A stretch of DNA of 64,000 bases from Myxococcota bacterium. Its GTDB lineage: Bacteria; Myxococcota_A; UBA9160; JAFDDA01. The stretch is taken from assembly GCA_965228475.1 (NCBI GenBank), contig OZ245817.1, positions 3,488,001 through 3,552,000 of the forward strand. The letters are read 5' to 3'. The notes under the pieces are model-generated. The model ran no database searches. It saw only the letters and a program-made list of their open reading frames with translations, and was not told the origin of the DNA. Of this stretch, positions 63,507 through 64,000 are shown piece after piece. A program made the translations under genes and the position numbers. Every line of letters begins with the position of its first letter. Position 1 is the stretch's first letter.

Positions 63507-64000
63507 ATGTCACGACTCGAAGGCAAGATTGCGATCATCACGGGCTCCGCCCGCGGAACGGGCGAGACGACGGCCCGCCTGTTCGCCGCGGAGGGCGCGC
63601 GCGTCACCATCGCCGACGTGAACCGGGAGGGCGGCGAATCCGTCGCGCAGGACCTCGGCGACGCGGCGCTCTTCGTGGAGACCGACGTCACGTCGGAGGC
63701 GTCCTGGGCGAACTGCGTCGAGGCGACGCGGAAGCACTTCGGCGCGCCGCCGAACGTCCTGGTGAACAACGCCGCGCTCCTGCATCTGGCGGCCCTCGAA
63801 GACACTGAAGGCGCCGATCTCGAGCGACTCCTGCGGGTGAACACGATGGGCGCCTTCCACGGCATCCGCGCGGTGCTGCCGGGCATGAAGGAGACCGGCG
63901 GCGGCTCGATCGTCAACGTCTCCTCGATCGACGGGCTCGCGGCCAAGAACGGCGTCGCGGCCTACGCGACCACGAAGTGGGCCTTGCGCGGCCTCTCGAA
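63507..64000 (+). CDS. SDR (3-alpha/20-beta-hydroxysteroid dehydrogenase-like), 3'-truncated by the window edge
   Basis: MSRLEGKIAIITGSARGTG, NNAA, NVSS, YATTKWALRG; RBS AGGAG; absent from the ORF track because there is no stop in the window. Confidence 0.88.
   Translation, partial: MSRLEGKIAIITGSARGTGETTARLFAAEGARVTIADVNREGGESVAQDLGDAALFVETDVTSEASWANCVEATRKHFGAPPNVLVNNAALLHLAALEDTEGADLERLLRVNTMGAFHGIRAVLPGMKETGGGSIVNVSSIDGLAAKNGVAAYATTKWALRGLS

Overview
A gene-dense, very GC-rich bacterial chromosomal window with about 68 CDSs. I found no rRNA, tRNA, CRISPR array or mobile element. PEP-CTERM proteins and a PQQ dehydrogenase point to a diderm host, possibly Myxococcota/deltaproteobacteria-like (inference). 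The main content is an apparently complete set of homologs for steroid C/D-ring (HIP) catabolism, split into two loci. Locus 1 (19689-31042) is ipdA-ipdB-ipdC-echA20-fadE31-fadE32-DUF35-ltp-fadA6-SDR-fadE33-SDR. Locus 2 (44795-50879) is the divergon LLM-ipdF-fadE30 <> fadD3-ligase. A third operon (56173 to the window end) encodes a 3-ketosteroid-dehydrogenase-like flavoprotein, CoxG/SRPBCC, P450, an F420-type LLM, an MFS transporter, a crotonase and an SDR. All three promoter regions share an AT-rich motif, GATAC(G/T)ATACGnnnCGT, and one copy lies beside a divergent TetR gene, suggesting a regulon run by a repressor other than KstR2. Other notable items: a polyphosphate divergon of two fusion genes (CHAD-CYTH and His-phosphatase-Ppx), a TPR lipoprotein with a 13-aa tandem-repeat stalk, a probable CTG start codon, many apparently leaderless genes, and several short duplications and hairpins. 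All functional calls come from recognising motifs by eye; no searches were run.
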